From: Candidatus Limnocylindrales bacterium | GTDB lineage: Bacteria > Chloroflexota > Limnocylindria > Limnocylindrales > CSP1-4 | Length of the DNA stretch: 45,403 bases | Assembly: GCA_046595595.1 (NCBI GenBank) | Contig: JBKJOK010000194.1 | Span: 1 to 45,403 of the forward strand | Direction of reading: 5' to 3' | Shown here: piece after piece, positions 42,033 through 45,403 of the stretch | How the letters are laid out: each line of letters begins with the position of its first letter | Position numbering within the stretch: position 1 is the stretch's first letter | The notes under the pieces: generated by a model | Told to the model about the DNA's origin: nothing | Databases searched by the model: none | Seen by the model: only the letters and a program-made list of their open reading frames with translations | Position numbers and translations under genes: made by a program

Positions 42033-42855
42033 TCGCGACTCCGCCGGCGGAACGGACGCCCCCGACGCGACCGGGGAGACCGCCGTCCGACGCCCGCGGC
42101 GCGCGACCCGGCTACTCCGGTTCGTCGGCCTGGGCGTCGTCGTGCTCATCGTCGTCGGTCTCGCTGGCTTCCTCGTCTATGCCCAGCCCCAGCCGACCCT
42201 GCCGGAGGCGTCGGCCGCCCTCGTCTCCGACGCGGAGGTCGCCGCCTCGACGGTCGGTCGCGACCTGGTCTTCCGTCCCGTGCAGGCCACGCCGGCCGTC
42301 GGGCTGATCCTGTACCCCGGCGGCAAGGTCCCGCCTGCGGCCTACGCTCCGGCCGCCCGTCGGGTCGCGGCGCTCAGCGGCGCCCTCGTCGTGGTCGTGG
42401 ACGTCCCGTTCCATCTCGCGGTCTTCGACATCGACGCTCCGAACCGGGTCATCGCCCGGGAGCCGTCGATCACGACGTGGGCGGTCGGCGGGCACTCGCT
42501 GGGCGGGGCGATGGCCGCCCAGTTCGTTTCGTCCCACCCCGGCGCGGTGAACGGCCTCGTCCTGTGGGCGAGCTACTCCGCGGCGGACCTCGCCAACACC
42601 GAAATCGAGGTCCTGTCGATCTACGGCTCGCTCGACGCCGGGCTGCCCACGATCCGCAGCGACGCGAACCTCGCTAAGCTCCCGGCCACCACGACGTACG
42701 TCGAGATCAGCGGCGGCAACCACGAGCAGATGGGCTGGTACACGGGCCAGCCGAACGACCCGCCCGCGACGATCTCCCGGGTCGAGCAGCAGAACCAGCT
42801 CGCGATCGCGACGGCCAGCTTCCTCGCCGCGCTCGGCGTCACGCCCGGGAGCTGA
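41950..42855 (+). CDS. Membrane-anchored alpha/beta hydrolase; start uncertain (ATG 41950, or GTG 42142)
   Basis: TM helix LLRFVGLGVVVLIVVGLAGFLVY. Nucleophile elbow WAVGGHSLGGAMAA. ISGGNHEQMGWY near the C-terminus. No canonical start lies between the upstream stop (42032) and the TM segment except GTG 42142. Confidence 0.7.
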   Translation: MPATTARSRARPSPRTARPRAKAPPTTDRDSAGGTDAPDATGETAVRRPRRATRLLRFVGLGVVVLIVVGLAGFLVYAQPQPTLPEASAALVSDAEVAASTVGRDLVFRPVQATPAVGLILYPGGKVPPAAYAPAARRVAALSGALVVVVDVPFHLAVFDIDAPNRVIAREPSITTWAVGGHSLGGAMAAQFVSSHPGAVNGLVLWASYSAADLANTEIEVLSIYGSLDAGLPTIRSDANLAKLPATTTYVEISGGNHEQMGWYTGQPNDPPATISRVEQQNQLAIATASFLAALGVTPGS

Positions 42856-42906
42856 CGGGTCCCGAGAGCGGAACCGGTCCGGCGAGGGCGCTCCACAGCG
42901 ACGCCC

Positions 42907-43037
42907 GGACCCGCTCGAACGGGATCGTCGCGACCGCGATCCCGCCGATCACGAACGACGATCCCGAGCCCGACCGTCATCATCGGCTGTGCGAGCAGGA
43001 TCGAGGTCAGGACCGCCGGCAGACGCGACAGGGACAG
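42907..43037 (-). pseudogene. Decayed duplicate of the 3' end of the DMT transporter gene
   Basis: 42907-42956 matches 44103-44152 at 49 of 50 positions. 42957-43037 matches 44197-44281 with about 8 mismatches and a 3-nt gap. About 44 nt (44153-44196) are deleted, which breaks the frame. Confidence 0.8.
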
Positions 43038-43128
43038 CCTCGGGCTCGCGTGCGTCTTCGCGCGGCAGATGAGTTCGGCGCGCTAACGAACGCAATGCCG
43101 GGCCGCCCGTTGGGAGCCAGCGGTACGT

Positions 43129-43671
43129 CTATGGCACCAAGGCCGGAAGCTGTCGATCCGGAGCGACGGCCGGTTCCTCGGGTTGCGTCGTCTTGCCGGT
43201 CGCGGGATTGGTGATCGGCCCGGTGCCCATGTAGCCGAAATCAGAGTTCGTCACAAAGCAGATCGGATTCGTCCAGATTTCGCCATATCGTTGTGGCACG
43301 TCGCCGTTGATCTGGATCACCCAAATGGGCCCAGACTCCTTCAGTAGCGGCTCGCGTCCGGTCAACGCAACATAGTGCGTCAAGTCGCTGGCCGCCGGCA
43401 GCTTGGCCATGCCTGCGACCTCGTTGATCGGAATGAAGTCGCCGATGCGGCAAATCGCGAACACGTCAGCGGCCTCAGCGCTGGGATGTGACGCGGATAC
43501 AGCGACAAGGGTGGGCGCGCCGCTGGCGGGCGTTGCGACCGGCGCCAGCGACGCAACGGGCGGATTCGTCGGCGACGTCGTCGAGTTCGGTGGCTCGGTG
43601 ACAACCGCGCCGGCGGATACGCATCCAACAAGAGCCACGGTAAGGACAGTGAGCGCGATCAGCTTCTTCAT
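43129..43671 (-). CDS. Hypothetical lipoprotein, compositionally atypical (lower GC)
   Basis: ORF 43129..44025 trimmed to ATG 43671. MKKLIALTVLTVALVGC|VSA is a lipobox. A Pro/Thr/Ser linker precedes a globular domain (ICRIGDFIPINEVAGMAKL, IWVIQINGDVPQRYGEIWTNPICFVTNSDFGYMGTG). Many A/T-ending codons, unlike the neighbouring genes. Confidence 0.7.
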   Translation of the reverse strand: MKKLIALTVLTVALVGCVSAGAVVTEPPNSTTSPTNPPVASLAPVATPASGAPTLVAVSASHPSAEAADVFAICRIGDFIPINEVAGMAKLPAASDLTHYVALTGREPLLKESGPIWVIQINGDVPQRYGEIWTNPICFVTNSDFGYMGTGPITNPATGKTTQPEEPAVAPDRQLPALVP

Positions 43672-44073
43672 GGGACTCGATCGTCGTATGCACCGAAGTA
43701 ATTGACCGACGTGCTCGACGTCAGCAGAACCACCGCGGCGAGGACGGTGATCGTCCTTCCTCAAGTTCCGACTCCTCCGGTAGTCGCGCTTGGTCATTCT
43801 GCACCGGATGTCGACGGCTACTTCAGGCAGGGCGCGAAAGGTCCATTCCGACGAGGTCCCGGTCCGGACGATCAGGCCGGGGCTCACCTCGGAGCGACGT
43901 CCGGTGCGCGCCAAGCGCGCGTTACGACGGCCGGAGGGCCGGATCGCAGGCTGATCGAGCCCTTCGATTGTCACCCTGGGCGCCTGGCGCGCAGGCCGGC
44001 GGCTGAGCGGCGCTCCGTTCGTCACAAGGCGCGCTCAGCGCGCACCGGGCCGAGGAACGGCGAACCTGGCACC

Positions 44074-45060
44074 TCAGGCGGTGGCGGCGCCGAGCGCGGA
44101 TCGGACCCGATCGAACGGGATCGTCGCGACCGCGATCCCGCCGATCACGAACACGACCCCGAGGAGCTGTGTCAGCGACGGCGCCTCGGCCAGCAGGACG
44201 ATCCCGAGACCGACGGTCATCACCGGCTGGGCGAGCAGGATCATCGAGGTCAGGACCGCCGGCAAGCGCGACAGCGACAGCGAGATCAACAGGTAGCCGA
44301 GGGACTGCGAGGTCAGGCCAAGAACCGCGAGCCAGGCGAGGCTCTCCGGAGCCGGCAGCGGGTCGAGGTCGCCGCCGACGACACCGGCCAGCGCCGCGAC
44401 CGCGGCGGTCGAGATCGTCGCGATCGCGACCGGACCGGCCGGCCGACGCAGGTCGCCGCTGCCTCGCCGGATGATCAGCAGGTAGCCGGCGTAGCACAGG
44501 GCCGTCGCGAGGCCGAGCACCACGCCCAGCCCCGGGTTCGCCCCGAACGCCCGTCCCCCGATCGCGCCGGAAATCAGGGCGACCCCGACGAGGACGACAG
44601 GCAGCGCGAGGAACGTGTTCCGGCTCGGGCGCTCGCCGAACGCGATCCACGCCACGACCCCGACAATGATCACCTGGAGGTTGCCGAGGACCGTCGCGAG
44701 GCCCGCTCCGACCGCCTCGATCGCGTGGTGCCAGAACAGCAGGTCGCCGGCGAAGAACACGCCCGCGAACAGCGCGAGCCCGACCGTTCGGGCTGGCAGG
44801 GCCCCATAGCGACGGTGCTCGAGATACGCCACCAGACCGAGCAGCGGGAGCCCGAACAGCGCCCGGTACACGGTCCCGGTCGACGGTGAGACCTCGGCCC
44901 AGCGGTAGAAGATGGCGCTGAACGCGATACACATCGCGCCGAGCAGGGCGGCCAGTCGCGGGCGGGCCGCGATCGCGGCCAGCGGTCCCGGGAGTCCCCG
45001 ATCGGCGTCGACGCGATCTGCGGCTTGCCCCGGACGGGCGGCGGCCTCGTCCACCGACAC
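44074..45060 (-). CDS. EamA/DMT-superfamily transporter
   Basis: 328 aa, GTG start immediately after the aspS stop. About ten TM helices in two EamA-like halves (LGAMCIAFSAIFYRWA, LLISLSLSRLPAVLTSMILLAQPVMTV). Confidence 0.85.
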   Translation of the reverse strand: MSVDEAAARPGQAADRVDADRGLPGPLAAIAARPRLAALLGAMCIAFSAIFYRWAEVSPSTGTVYRALFGLPLLGLVAYLEHRRYGALPARTVGLALFAGVFFAGDLLFWHHAIEAVGAGLATVLGNLQVIIVGVVAWIAFGERPSRNTFLALPVVLVGVALISGAIGGRAFGANPGLGVVLGLATALCYAGYLLIIRRGSGDLRRPAGPVAIATISTAAVAALAGVVGGDLDPLPAPESLAWLAVLGLTSQSLGYLLISLSLSRLPAVLTSMILLAQPVMTVGLGIVLLAEAPSLTQLLGVVFVIGGIAVATIPFDRVRSALGAATA

Positions 45061-45403
45061 CTACTCGGCGGGCGGCGCGGCCCGGCCCGGCAGCCCGACG
45101 AAGCGCAACCCGAGCTCGGCGTACTGCGCCTCCTCGGGCGGCGACGGCGCGTCGAGCATCAGGTCGCCGCCGGACTGGGTCTTGGGGAAGGCCATGACCT
45201 CGCGGATGTTCGTCTGGTGGGCGAGCAGGGCGGCCCAGCGGTCGATCCCGAGGGCGATCCCGCCGTGCGGCGGCGGCCCGTACTCAAACGCCTCGAGGAC
45301 CGCTCCGAACTTCTCCTTCATTCCGGCGTCGGTCTGGCCCTGGAGGGCGAAGCTCCGGGCGAGGAGCTCGCGCCGGTGGATCCGGATCGAGCCGCCACCG
45401 AGC
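45061..45403 (-). CDS. aspS: Aspartate--tRNA ligase, C-terminal end; the gene continues beyond the right edge
   Basis: My reverse-strand translation from the window edge gives LGGGSIRIHRRELLARSFALQGQTDAGMKEKFGAVLEAFEYGPPPHGGIALGIDRWAALLAHQTNIREVMAFPKTQSGGDLMLDAP. This is class IIb motif 3 and the AspRS C-terminus. Confidence 0.9.
   Translation of the reverse strand, partial: LGGGSIRIHRRELLARSFALQGQTDAGMKEKFGAVLEAFEYGPPPHGGIALGIDRWAALLAHQTNIREVMAFPKTQSGGDLMLDAPSPPEEAQYAELGLRFVGLPGRAAPPAE

Overview
This is a high-GC (roughly 70% by eye) chromosomal segment, and almost every gene is on the minus strand. Most of it is housekeeping with Actinomycetota/Chloroflexota-like gene order. The order along the window is scpB-scpA, an HD hydrolase, an M50 protease, a PH/SHOCT membrane protein, xerD, recN, nadK, tlyA, dxs, xseB-xseA, efp, an M24 peptidase, mltG, ruvX, alaS, mnmA-iscS, typA and the aspS 3' end. 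Many neighbouring genes share 4-nt start/stop overlaps (ATGA, GTGA, TTGA). I found no rRNA, tRNA, CRISPR array, transposase or integrase. The most unusual regions are: (1) an FtsA-like actin-fold ATPase and a 663-aa single-pass membrane protein inserted between alaS and ruvX-mltG and translationally coupled to them. (2) A ~1.1 kb lower-GC, mostly non-coding island upstream of alaS, with two ~135-bp direct repeats 301 bp apart and long perfect palindromes. (3) A ~27-nt motif that recurs only in intergenic DNA, including one MITE-like inverted pair. (4) A six-gene sugar locus whose enzyme set suggests beta-1,2-glucan use; its GH94-type phosphorylase is split by a 1-nt frameshift. (5) A low-GC lipoprotein gene flanked by a duplicated 3' end of a DMT transporter gene. 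Smaller items are a SHOCT coding segment in frame behind a TAG stop, an unannotated 43-codon membrane ORF between xseA and xseB, and an EF-P with Arg32 at the loop tip. All family assignments come from motifs read by eye, not from database searches.
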